Source of the DNA: Clostridia bacterium
GTDB taxonomy: Bacteria; Bacillota; Clostridia; Oscillospirales; CAG-272
Length of the DNA: 37,188 bases
Direction of reading: 5' to 3'
Assembly: GCA_017629395.1 (NCBI GenBank)
Contig: JAGBXH010000053.1
Location: forward strand, 1 to 37,188
Shown here piece after piece: positions 15,984-25,666 of the stretch. Made by a program: the position numbers and the translations under genes. The notes beneath the pieces were generated by a model that worked only from the letters and a program-made list of their open reading frames with translations, was not told the origin of the DNA and made no database searches. Numbering within the stretch: the first letter of the stretch is position 1; the number at the start of each line of letters is the position of its first letter.

Positions 15984-17972
15984 ATGGGAAAAGGAAACAG
16001 AAGCAGAATTGAAAGAGCCATGAACGACTCTGTAAGCGTAAGCAAGGACGTTCAGGTGAAAAAGAACAAGGTATCCGGCGCGGGTATCTTTGTAGCGGTT
16101 GCTGCAATTCTGGTCGTAGTTGCTTTGCTGATCGGTGCGATCGGCGTAGTGAATGACAGCGGCTGGTTTGCACGCTCGCAGACTGCTATCAAGACCGAGA
16201 ATTTCAAGGTTGACGGCAGCATGATGAACTACTTCTTCACGACGCAGTTCAACAACTACTATCAGTATTATAACCAGATGTACTCTCAGCTGGCATCCTC
16301 CGGTCTGGACGTAAGCTCTTACGTATACCAGGCTATGGGCATTACCGATCCCTCCAAGTCTCTCAAGGAGCAGGATATGAAGGTTGCTGAGGGCGCAGAG
16401 CAGATCACCGTGTTTGATTTCTACATGAATCTGACCGAGGATTACGTAACCCGTATGCTGACCTACTGCGAGTTCGCAGTCAAGGAGGGCATTGCGCTGA
16501 CCGACGAGGATTACGCAGAGATCGACCACACCTTTGAGGAAATGGAAGCAACCTACAAGAGCCAGAAGGCTATGTATGAGCAGTTTGGCATGGCTTACTA
16601 CTCTTCCTTCTCCGCATATCTGGCAGCAAACTACGGCACCGGCGTTAAGGAAAGAGATATCCGCAACTGCCTGGAGCTTGTGAATCTTGCCGCTAAGTTT
16701 GAGGAAAAGCTGACCGATGAAAAGAAGCAGGAGATCATTGGCGATAAGACCAATGCTGCTGTTGAGGAATTCGTGAAGGAAAACCCCTCCGCGTTCCTGA
16801 TGGCTGACTACTACAGCTATGCATTCTCCGTAAGCAGCAAGGGTAAGACCGACGCTGAGTTTGAGGCTGATAAGAAGGAGATCCTGGAGAAGGCTAAGAA
16901 GCTTTCCGAGGTCGTAGGCAAGGATGCTTACAAGGCAGCTGTGATCGATCTGCTGATCGAGGCTGAGAAGGAGTCCTTCCGTGAGAAGAACTGGGAACAG
17001 TATCTCAAGATGAACGATAACGACGAGGCAAAGGCAAACAAGGCTCTTGAAGAGTACTTCGAGAAGACCTACACCGAGAAGTATAAGAACGATAAGTTCG
17101 AGGACACTCTGACCGAGGGCTACAAGTACCCCACCACCCACACCGATCTGAGCAAGTGGGTATTTGGCTACGAGGCTACCGCATGCAAGGATAAGACCTG
17201 CTCTCACACCAAGGAAGAGGATCACGAGAAGGACGTTGTTGCTGCTAAGCCCGGCGACATCACCTACTTTGAGAACACCTCCACCAAGGAAGAGACCGTA
17301 AAGAAGGAAGAGACCACCACTGCGGGCACCACTGCAGAGGAGACCACGACCGACGCAGCAGCTCCCGCATCCGAGGAGACCACTACCAAGGAAGAGACCA
17401 CTACCAAGGCTCCCACCTCCTCCTCTACCTCCGACAAGGTTAAGGTTACTACCTACACCGTAACCGTTTACCTCCTGGAGAAGGCTGCATACCGCAACAC
17501 CGAGATTACCAAGCACTTTGGTTACGTCATGTTTGCAAGCAAGGCTGATGCAGAAAAGTTCTATGCTGAGTTCCAGAAGGGTGAAATGAACAAGGACACT
17601 CTGGTTGAGCTGGTAGAGAAGCTGCACGAGGAGATCAAGCCCTTTGCATACGACGGTGCAGAGGATTATATGCCCGGCGATCTGCAGGATCAGAAGGTAG
17701 ACGGCGCAGATAAGTGGCTTGAGACCGCTAAGGCAGGCACCTGCTCCGGCGTTGTAGAGCTGACTTACACCACGACCACCACCGCGAACAACAAGACCGA
17801 GGAAAAGAAGACCACGTATTACTCCATTCTGGTCTACGATCAGGACGGCTACGAGGCTTGGTACTGTGATGCACTTGAGGGTGCTACCGGCGATGCAGTT
17901 TCCGATTGGTATGAGGAAAATGCACTCAAGCTGACCTTCAACGAAAAGCCCTACAGATTTATCAACGCTTAA
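15984..17972 (+). CDS. Membrane-anchored protein with Thr/Glu-rich linker; possible PrsA/SurA-like foldase
   Basis: 662 aa. N-terminal TM (GIFVAVAAILVVVALLIGAIGVV). Helical Lys/Glu-rich body. EETTT-type linker (about nt 17275-17440). C-terminal segment HFGYVMFASKADAEKFYAEFQKGE loosely resembles a parvulin domain. Confidence 0.6.
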   Translation: MGKGNRSRIERAMNDSVSVSKDVQVKKNKVSGAGIFVAVAAILVVVALLIGAIGVVNDSGWFARSQTAIKTENFKVDGSMMNYFFTTQFNNYYQYYNQMYSQLASSGLDVSSYVYQAMGITDPSKSLKEQDMKVAEGAEQITVFDFYMNLTEDYVTRMLTYCEFAVKEGIALTDEDYAEIDHTFEEMEATYKSQKAMYEQFGMAYYSSFSAYLAANYGTGVKERDIRNCLELVNLAAKFEEKLTDEKKQEIIGDKTNAAVEEFVKENPSAFLMADYYSYAFSVSSKGKTDAEFEADKKEILEKAKKLSEVVGKDAYKAAVIDLLIEAEKESFREKNWEQYLKMNDNDEAKANKALEEYFEKTYTEKYKNDKFEDTLTEGYKYPTTHTDLSKWVFGYEATACKDKTCSHTKEEDHEKDVVAAKPGDITYFENTSTKEETVKKEETTTAGTTAEETTTDAAAPASEETTTKEETTTKAPTSSSTSDKVKVTTYTVTVYLLEKAAYRNTEITKHFGYVMFASKADAEKFYAEFQKGEMNKDTLVELVEKLHEEIKPFAYDGAEDYMPGDLQDQKVDGADKWLETAKAGTCSGVVELTYTTTTTANNKTEEKKTTYYSILVYDQDGYEAWYCDALEGATGDAVSDWYEENALKLTFNEKPYRFINA

Positions 17973-17989
17973 ATTGCATATTGACAAAG

Positions 17990-18015
17990 TGGCATGGATG
18001 CGTCCGTGCCATTTT
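17990..18015 (+). terminator. Intrinsic terminator
   Basis: 8-bp stem TGGCATGG/CCGTGCCA (one G-U), 6-nt loop, then TTTT. Confidence 0.6.
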
Positions 18016-18066
18016 GTCCATTTGCGGCATACAATAAAAAGGATTATTGCGAAAAGGGGAAATGCT

Positions 18067-18744
18067 ATGATACTCAATCCCAAAGAAACCACCGTTGCTT
18101 ACCGCTGTCCCGCGTGTGGTGCGGGCGTTATGAGCGCTGTAGGAATATTTGCGCTCAGCGCGGAAATGATCAAGCTCAAATGCACCTGCGGACAAAGCGA
18201 GATGAAGATCGTGTATAACCACGAGGATCAGATCAGACTTACCGTGCCCTGCATGTTCTGTCCCACACCGCACAGCTTTGTGGTCAATAAAAACGTGTTT
18301 TTCGGCAAGGACCTGTTCTCTTTGCAGTGCCCGTATTCGGACGTGAATATTGCTTGCATCGGCGAGACCAATCAGGTCAAGGCGGAGCTGGCGCGCACCG
18401 AGCTGGAGCTGTTGGATATGCTGGCTGAGAACGGCATTGAGGATCTGAGTGCTCTGCAGAGTGATGAAGAGCAAACGCTGACCGATCCGCAGATCTTTGA
18501 TATTATCATGTTCGTTATCAACGATCTGGATGCCGAGGGCAAGATCTATTGTAAATGCCCGCCCAAGGAGCCGCTGCCCGACGGTGTGCTGCCGGGCGAG
18601 GAGGAGGGAAGATACGAGGCGCGTGTGCTGGAGGGTGGCATTCTGGTCACCTGCCGCGATTGCGGAGCTTCGCGCATCATCCCCACGGATTCGCTGCTGG
18701 GCGCACATGCGTTTTTGAATTGCGATAGCCTGAAGCTTGAATAA
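18067..18744 (+). CDS. Hypothetical multi-zinc-ribbon protein
   Basis: 225 aa from the ATG at 18067 (AAGGGGA RBS). Cys pairs CPAC...CTC, CMFC...C...C, CKC...CRDC, separated by an acidic helical segment. Confidence 0.6.
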   Translation: MILNPKETTVAYRCPACGAGVMSAVGIFALSAEMIKLKCTCGQSEMKIVYNHEDQIRLTVPCMFCPTPHSFVVNKNVFFGKDLFSLQCPYSDVNIACIGETNQVKAELARTELELLDMLAENGIEDLSALQSDEEQTLTDPQIFDIIMFVINDLDAEGKIYCKCPPKEPLPDGVLPGEEEGRYEARVLEGGILVTCRDCGASRIIPTDSLLGAHAFLNCDSLKLE

Positions 18745-18747
18745 CAA

Positions 18748-18778
18748 GATCCCCTTGCGGCATAGCCGCAAGGGGATC
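18748..18778. terminator. Bidirectional intrinsic terminator
   Basis: 14-bp perfect stem GATCCCCTTGCGGC/GCCGCAAGGGGATC, 3-nt loop, followed by ACTTTTT. Lies between convergent genes. Confidence 0.8.
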
Positions 18779-18797
18779 ACTTTTTCAGACGGGCACG

Positions 18798-18926
18798 TTA
18801 TCTGCAGCCGCCGCAGCCGCCACCGTAATTGTTGCCGCAGCCACCGCAGCAGTAGATGAGGATGATAGCAAGGATGATCAGCCAAACCCAGTTATCTTCA
18901 AACAGATTGCACAGACAGTTGTTCAT
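18798..18926 (-). CDS. 42-aa Cys/Gly-rich single-TM peptide (not in the ORF track)
   Basis: Hand translation: MNNCLCNLFEDNWVWLIILAIILIYCCGGCGNNYGGGCGGCR*. GGAGG 8 nt upstream of the ATG (18926). TAA at 18798-18800. Terminator immediately downstream. Confidence 0.65.
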   Translation of the reverse strand: MNNCLCNLFEDNWVWLIILAIILIYCCGGCGNNYGGGCGGCR

Positions 18927-19035
18927 AATAAACCTCCGAGAATGAAATAGCCTTAAGGCTTTGAAGCATTGCCGCTTCTCACTATCATTCTATGTCGAAG
19001 GCTTGGATGTGTTCCGACTTTTTGTCGGTGCTTGA

Positions 19036-19070
19036 CGAAAAAAACGGACAGAGAAAGTGTTCTCTGTCCG
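19036..19070 (-). terminator. Intrinsic terminator of the oxidoreductase gene
   Basis: 10-bp stem CGGACAGAGA/TCTCTGTCCG (19045-19070), followed on the minus strand by TTTTTTT. Confidence 0.85.
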
Positions 19071-19079
19071 CTTGTATTT

Positions 19080-20129
19080 TTAGTTGATCTTGACGGGCAT
19101 GCCCAGTCTGTCGGACTCAAATGCAGCCTCCATGATCTTCATAACGAACATCATCTGCTCGTGGGTGACGATCTGCTGCTCCTCGCCGTCAATTGCCTTG
19201 ACGAAGTTGCGGTAGAAGTCGTGCACGTCAGCTGCGGGCTGAGGAATGGACTTCTCGGTGATGGACTTTTCGTCTCTGGGAGCCATGGTCTTAGTCAGAC
19301 CCGCTGCGGTCTGAATGGGCTTTGCGTCCTTGACAGACCAGTCGTGGCAATATACGATGCGGCAGGGCTGCAGCCAATCGGGGATCATGGCAGAGCCGTT
19401 GTTACCGGACATGTAGAAACGAGGCATATTGATAAAGTTGGAGGTGCCGACCTCTACGTGGCAGGTCAGGTCGCCCTCGTAGAACATATCCAGCTTAAAG
19501 CCGTCGTCAACCTCGTCGTTGGTGATGTGGTCACACTTGCACCAAACGCTCTCCAGCTTACGGTCGTCTACGATGTTCACGATCTGGTCGATCAGGTGCA
19601 CGCCCCAGTCCAGCATCATGCCGCCGCCGTGCTCCTTTTGGCCTCTCCAGTCACCGGGGATGCCGCGAGAACCGTGAACGCGGGACTCCATGGAGTACAC
19701 TCTGCCAAGGTCACCGCTGTGGTAAACGTCACGCATGACCAGAAATTCACCGTCCCAACGGCGGTTCTGGTGTACGGTAAAGCGTCTGTCATATTTCCGG
19801 GAAGCATCGATCATTTCCTGCAGATCTGCAGAGGAAAGCGTAACGGGCTTTTCCGAAATGACGTGCTTGCCTGCCTCCATAGCTGCAATTGCAAGAGGCT
19901 TGTGCATATCGTTGGGTACTGCAATCACGAGAAAATCGACTTCGGGGTCAGCCAGTACTGCTTCAAAAGAGGGATATGCGTAAATGCCGATCTCCTCAGC
20001 TGCTTTGTTGCGTTCGGGTTTAATATCGTAAACGCCCTTCAAATTGACAACGTCATTGCTTCTCTGGAAGTGGCAGTGCCAGCCGCCCATGCCGCCAAAG
20101 CCAATGACTACCGCATTTTTCTTTGCCAT
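19080..20129 (-). CDS. Gfo/Idh/MocA family oxidoreductase
   Basis: 349 aa. N-terminal Rossmann VVIGFGGMGGWH, EKP motif (ISEKPVT). Confidence 0.85.
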   Translation of the reverse strand: MAKKNAVVIGFGGMGGWHCHFQRSNDVVNLKGVYDIKPERNKAAEEIGIYAYPSFEAVLADPEVDFLVIAVPNDMHKPLAIAAMEAGKHVISEKPVTLSSADLQEMIDASRKYDRRFTVHQNRRWDGEFLVMRDVYHSGDLGRVYSMESRVHGSRGIPGDWRGQKEHGGGMMLDWGVHLIDQIVNIVDDRKLESVWCKCDHITNDEVDDGFKLDMFYEGDLTCHVEVGTSNFINMPRFYMSGNNGSAMIPDWLQPCRIVYCHDWSVKDAKPIQTAAGLTKTMAPRDEKSITEKSIPQPAADVHDFYRNFVKAIDGEEQQIVTHEQMMFVMKIMEAAFESDRLGMPVKIN

Positions 20130-20293
20130 AATGTATCTCCTTTTTTATGCGTGTAAATAACTTTACAAGTGTATTATAAGACAAAAAATGCACATAAACA
20201 AGACAAAATTAGGTGTTTATCGGAATAATGTTGCTGTATTTTATCGTGCGAAAATATTTTTTGTGCACAGTGCAAGAAATTTTCAAAAGGCTC

Positions 20294-20322
20294 TTGTGAA
20301 AAACGCGAAAATCGGGTATAAT
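20294..20322 (+). promoter_or_regulatory. Sigma-A promoter of lepA
   Basis: TTGTGA (20294-20299)-17 nt-TATAAT (20317-20322). Confidence 0.6.
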
Positions 20323-20355
20323 AAGATGATTATTTATGTTTTGATGAGGAAGATT

Positions 20356-22176
<1,821 letters not shown>

Positions 22177-22180
22177 CGCC

Positions 22181-23305
22181 ATGAAAAAGCTGGGAATTTA
22201 TTTGCATATACCGTTTTGTAAGAGCAAATGTCACTATTGTGACTTTTGCTCTTTTCCCAAAATGGGGGAAGATGACGTGCGCGCGTATTGCCGGACGCTG
22301 CAAAAGCAGATCAGGGATCAGGCGGATGCGTTTGCCGATTACAAGGTTGACACGGTCTATTTCGGCGGCGGCACGCCCACGTATCTGCCCTCGGAGCTGC
22401 TCTGCTCCTTGCTGGCGGAGATTTTTGCGTGCTTTGACGTGACCGCGGAAGCGGAGATTACGTCCGAGTGCAATCCCGCTACCGTAGATGAGGCGTACTT
22501 GACAGCCATGAGGCAGGCAGGCTTTAACCGCCTGAGCATCGGTGCGCAGAGCTTGCATGACGGTGAGCTGCAATTGTTGGGGCGTGCGCACACGGCACAG
22601 GATTTTCGCGCAACGGCCAAAATGGCGCGTGCGGCGGGCTTTGAGAATATCAGTGCTGATCTGATGTACGGCATTCCGGGGCAAACGCGCGAGAGCTTTG
22701 CCGCATCGCTGCGCGGCATTTGTGCGCTGGGCGTACAGCACGTTTCCGCTTATGCGCTCAAGATCGAGCAGGGCACACCCTTTTATAAAATGCGCCGCAC
22801 GCTTGACCTGCCTGACGAGGATACGGTGGCGGATATGTACGAGGATGCTGTGGCGATTCTTGCCGAGCATGGGCTTTTGCGCTACGAGATCAGTAATTTT
22901 GCGCGTGTAGGGTATGAATCGCGCCACAATTTGAAATACTGGGAATATGGGGAATACCTCGGACTTGGCGCAGCGGCGCATTCCTTTATCGGCGGCAGGA
23001 GATACTGCTATGACGATATCCGCGCCTACATGCAGGGAGAGACTGTGGCATCCTATGCTGACCCCGATACGCCCACCGAGGCGCAGGATGAGTACGTGAT
23101 GGTTGGCTTGCGCTTGGAAAAGGGAATCGACAAGGCGGCGTTTGCCGCGCGCTTTGGCAGGGCGTTTGATGCCGTTTACGGTGCACGGCTTGCGCCCTAC
23201 GTCCGTGCGGGCTTTGTGCAGGATGGTCCCGAACGCTGCTGCTTTACCACCAAGGGCTTTTTGGTGTCCAATACGATTTTATCCGACGTACTGGATTTTG
23301 ATTAA
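22181..23305 (+). CDS. hemW: Radical SAM heme chaperone HemW
   Basis: 374 aa from the ATG at 22181. LYLHIPFCKSKCHYCDF (CxxxCxxC), GGGTPT. The upstream in-frame part of the track ORF overlaps lepA and is rejected. Confidence 0.9.
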   Translation: MKKLGIYLHIPFCKSKCHYCDFCSFPKMGEDDVRAYCRTLQKQIRDQADAFADYKVDTVYFGGGTPTYLPSELLCSLLAEIFACFDVTAEAEITSECNPATVDEAYLTAMRQAGFNRLSIGAQSLHDGELQLLGRAHTAQDFRATAKMARAAGFENISADLMYGIPGQTRESFAASLRGICALGVQHVSAYALKIEQGTPFYKMRRTLDLPDEDTVADMYEDAVAILAEHGLLRYEISNFARVGYESRHNLKYWEYGEYLGLGAAAHSFIGGRRYCYDDIRAYMQGETVASYADPDTPTEAQDEYVMVGLRLEKGIDKAAFAARFGRAFDAVYGARLAPYVRAGFVQDGPERCCFTTKGFLVSNTILSDVLDFD

Positions 23306-23312
23306 AATATCA

Positions 23313-23341
23313 TTGACAAATTGCAAAAAATCGGGTACAAT
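23313..23341 (+). promoter_or_regulatory. Sigma-A promoter of the DUF1292 gene
   Basis: TTGACA (23313-23318)-17 nt-TACAAT (23336-23341). Confidence 0.65.
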
Positions 23342-23404
23342 ATAAGCAAGGGATGCAAATATTAGCGCATCCGTGCATATTATGACATAAACGAGGTATA
23401 TAAC

Positions 23405-23683
23405 ATGGAAAACGAAAGAGAATTTTTTACGCTGACCGATGAGGACGGCAACGAGATCGAATTTGAGCTGATCGGAACCGTTGAGGTCGAGGGTGTTACC
23501 TATCATGCAATGATCCCCGCAGACCAGCAGGGCGAAGAGTTTTACGAGTACGTCATTCTCAAGACCGAAGAGGATGAGGATGGCGAGGAAATGCTCGTCA
23601 CCATTGATGACGATGCTGAGTTTGACAAGATCGCCGATATCTTTGACGATATGTTCTCTGAGGAGATCGATCTGGATCAGTAA
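23405..23683 (+). CDS. DUF1292 family protein
   Basis: 92 aa, very acidic. The pattern FTLTDEDGNEIEFELIGTVEVEGVTYHAMIP...EFYEYVILK is typical of DUF1292. Confidence 0.8.
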   Translation: MENEREFFTLTDEDGNEIEFELIGTVEVEGVTYHAMIPADQQGEEFYEYVILKTEEDEDGEEMLVTIDDDAEFDKIADIFDDMFSEEIDLDQ

Positions 23684-23706
23684 TTGATCCCACTTAAAAA
23701 ACATTC

Positions 23707-24039
23707 ATCCTGCCGTGTGCGTGATGACGCCATGATTGGGACCTACAAGATGATTAAAGGAGCCTGAACCAAAGTGGTTTGCAGACCTCCCGTGCAAGAG
23801 TTTTCGGTTGACTTGTCCCGTGCTTGTGCGGACGTTGGGAGCAGTAAAGCGGAGATTGAGAAGGCACCGCCCTGGACGGCAGGGTTCAAAAACGTGGGTC
23901 ACACGGCTCGGCGGGACTTTCTTGAGTTACAAAAATCGCGTATAACATCGTTGCTCCTCGAAAGCAGCTCGACGATCGTAAGATCGCCTTCGCTTTACTT
24001 TCTCCGGTGCGCCTTGTTCTACGCGATTTTTGTTAACTC
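23707..24039 (+). other. Gene-free, highly paired region (candidate ncRNA or structured 3' UTR)
   Basis: No credible ORF or RBS. Closing helix 23707-23715/23877-23885. 24/25-nt inverted repeat 23924-23947/24015-24039 enclosing the GNRA-capped hairpin CGATC-GTAA-GATCG (23973-23986). Followed by a + strand terminator. Confidence 0.4.
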
Positions 24040-24045
24040 AATTTA

Positions 24046-24079
24046 AGCCCCGCTCAACCGCTGCGGGGGCTGCTTTTTT
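24046..24079 (+). terminator. Intrinsic terminator (+ strand only)
   Basis: Stem AGCCCCGC/GCGGGGGCT (one bulged G), 9-nt loop, then GCTTTTTT. Confidence 0.8.
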
Positions 24080-24097
24080 GAGAGAACAATTGCTGTG

Positions 24098-24170
24098 CGT
24101 TTTCCCCGAGCGTGGAACGCGAAGCGGGATCTTTGAACGGTTTTCTCAATGTCTGTTTAGCCAAAGAACT
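24098..24170 (+). repeat. Degenerate fragment of the multi-hairpin element family (copy C)
   Basis: CCCCGAG (24104-24110), CGCGAAGCG (24118-24126) and CTTTGAACGGTTTTCT (24131-24146) are colinear with copies A and B, but the stems are eroded. Confidence 0.45.
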
Positions 24171-24199
24171 TGATTTATGCAGATTTTCCCCCAAATCAA

Positions 24200-24229
24200 T
24201 TGACAGAACCGATAAATGTGTGTTACAAT
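24200..24229 (+). promoter_or_regulatory. Sigma-A promoter of the Gx transporter operon (extended -10)
   Basis: TTGACA (24200-24205)-18 nt-TACAAT (24224-24229), preceded by TGt. Confidence 0.65.
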
Positions 24230-24265
24230 ATAAGTTGTACTTCATTTACGAAAGGAGAAGGGAAT

Positions 24266-24775
24266 ATGCGGGACAAAACGACCAAGCGCGTGCGTCGAGT
24301 AGCGTACGACGGCTTATTTGCCGCCCTTGCTTTTGGCTTTACGTATGTGGAATTCCTGCTGCCCATTGATTTGGGCAACGGCATCAAGCTGGGACTTGCC
24401 AACGTAGTAGCGTTGTTCGTGCTTTACCGCGTGGGACTTGCGGACGCCATAGCGGTCAATCTGGTACGCATCATACTTGCGGGCTTTTTGTTCAATGCGT
24501 CAGCTGTGCCGTACAGCTTAAGCGGTGCTGCGCTGTCCTTACTGGTCATGGTGCTTTTGAAAAAGACTGATCGCTTTTCTCCTACGGGTGTCAGTATCGC
24601 GGGAGCGGTGGCACACAATTTGGGACAAGTCATCTGCTCGGCTGTGCTGATGCGCACGACCGCGATCGCGTGGTATTTCTTTGTGCTTGTTGTCAGCGGT
24701 GTGATCAGCGGCTGCCTTGTCGGACTTTTGGCAGCGTGGATCATGCGCCGCTTTGAAAAGCACGTGAAGCTGTAA
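24266..24775 (+). CDS. Gx transporter family membrane protein (formerly heptaprenyl diphosphate synthase component I)
   Basis: 169 aa from the ATG at 24266 (AAAGGAG RBS). Polytopic. The KLGLANVVALFVLY ... AHNLGQ pattern fits this family as I remember it. Confidence 0.6.
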   Translation: MRDKTTKRVRRVAYDGLFAALAFGFTYVEFLLPIDLGNGIKLGLANVVALFVLYRVGLADAIAVNLVRIILAGFLFNASAVPYSLSGAALSLLVMVLLKKTDRFSPTGVSIAGAVAHNLGQVICSAVLMRTTAIAWYFFVLVVSGVISGCLVGLLAAWIMRRFEKHVKL

Positions 24776-24822
24776 ATAATCAGTTTGAGTATATAACATT
24801 TTCAGGTTTGAGTGAGGCTATT

Positions 24823-25665
24823 ATGTATCGAATTATCAAAAGAGAACAGTTAGGTCCCGCCGTGGTTTCGATGGAGATCGAGGCGCCTGCCGTGGCAAAG
24901 CGCGCAAGGGCGGGACAATTTATCATCCTGCGCGTGGATGAAGAGGGAGAGCGCATCCCCTTGACCGTTGCGGGGTATGACCGTGCGGCAGGCACCGTGC
25001 GCATCATTTTTCAAGCCGTGGGTGCATCCACCATGCAGCTTGCTGCCAAGGTGCAGGGAGAATATATTGCGGATTTTGTCGGCCCTTTGGGCAAGCCTAC
25101 CGAGGTTGAGGGCGTGGAGCGCGTTTGTGTAGTCGGCGGCGGCGTAGGCTGTGCCATTGCGCTGCCTGTGGTGCAGGCTTTGCATGAGGAGGGCTGCTAC
25201 GTGCACGCCATTGCAGGATTTCGAAACAAGGATCTTGTGATTTTGGAGGATGAATTTGCCGCATCCTCGGATGCTTTGCAGATCGTGACCGACGACGGCT
25301 CTTACGGTGCACAAGACAATGTGACCATGCCGCTCAAGGCGCTTTTGGAGCGCGGCGAGCGCTTTGACCGTGTGATCGCTATCGGTCCTCTGATCATGAT
25401 GAAATTCGTGGTGGAAGCCGTGCGTCCGTATGATATTCCCGTGGTGGTTTCCATGAACCCCATTATGATCGACGGTACGGGCATGTGCGGCGGCTGCCGT
25501 CTGACGGTGGGCGGTAAGACCAAGTTTGCGTGTGTGGACGGCCCCGAGTTTGACGGCTACGCCGTGGAATTTGACGAGGCGATGTCCCGCGGTAATATGT
25601 ACCGCGATTTTGAGGCGCATGCAAGGGAAGCGGCATGCAACCTGCTTGCAAAGGAGGTTGAGTGA
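24823..25665 (+). CDS. NfnA-like FAD/NAD(P)-binding, [2Fe-2S] subunit (PyrK-like)
   Basis: 280 aa from the ATG at 24823. RIPLTVAGYD FAD-binding motif, GGGVGCA nucleotide-binding loop, C-terminal CGGCRLTVGGKTKFACVDG cluster. Confidence 0.8.
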   Translation: MYRIIKREQLGPAVVSMEIEAPAVAKRARAGQFIILRVDEEGERIPLTVAGYDRAAGTVRIIFQAVGASTMQLAAKVQGEYIADFVGPLGKPTEVEGVERVCVVGGGVGCAIALPVVQALHEEGCYVHAIAGFRNKDLVILEDEFAASSDALQIVTDDGSYGAQDNVTMPLKALLERGERFDRVIAIGPLIMMKFVVEAVRPYDIPVVVSMNPIMIDGTGMCGGCRLTVGGKTKFACVDGPEFDGYAVEFDEAMSRGNMYRDFEAHAREAACNLLAKEVE

Positions 25666-25666
25666 T

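Noticed and set aside
13731-18092. 1453-aa ORF on the minus strand spanning rnj, the intergenic gap and the 662-aa gene.
   Set aside because: It is exactly codon-aligned antisense to two genes that share a frame (13689 and 15984 are both 0 mod 3). It stays open only because the sense genes contain no TTA, CTA or TCA codons after codon 15 of rnj. The product is Leu/Gly/Val/Arg-rich junk with no RBS, and RNase J on the sense strand is unambiguous.
17962-18885. 307-aa minus-strand ORF overlapping the zinc-ribbon gene and the small peptide region.
   Set aside because: It runs straight through a 14-bp-stem terminator, has no RBS, and has Arg/Leu/Gln-rich antisense-type composition. The plus-strand gene and the 42-aa minus-strand gene (a different frame) both have proper signals.
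20188-20355. Upstream extensions of lepA (20188), hemW (21743), the sigma factor (8971), abrB (13092), the kinase (12727) and topB (30397).
   Set aside because: The extended starts overlap upstream genes or promoters and lack an RBS. Internal starts have Shine-Dalgarno sequences and give family-typical N-termini.
23684-24080. Known structured RNAs: RNase P, tmRNA, SRP RNA, 6S, T-box, cobalamin or other riboswitches.
   Set aside because: Neither strand has GAGGAAAGTCC / ACAGAA..CCGGCTTA (RNase P), a GGGG 5' end with T-arm/CCA tail and ALAA-type tag (tmRNA), GGTCCGGAAGGAAGCAGCC (SRP), the T-box sequence or the B12 box. The AAGAAAGTCCCGCC on the minus strand has no matching P4 3' partner. The downstream gene has its own promoter, so a leader or riboswitch role is unlikely.
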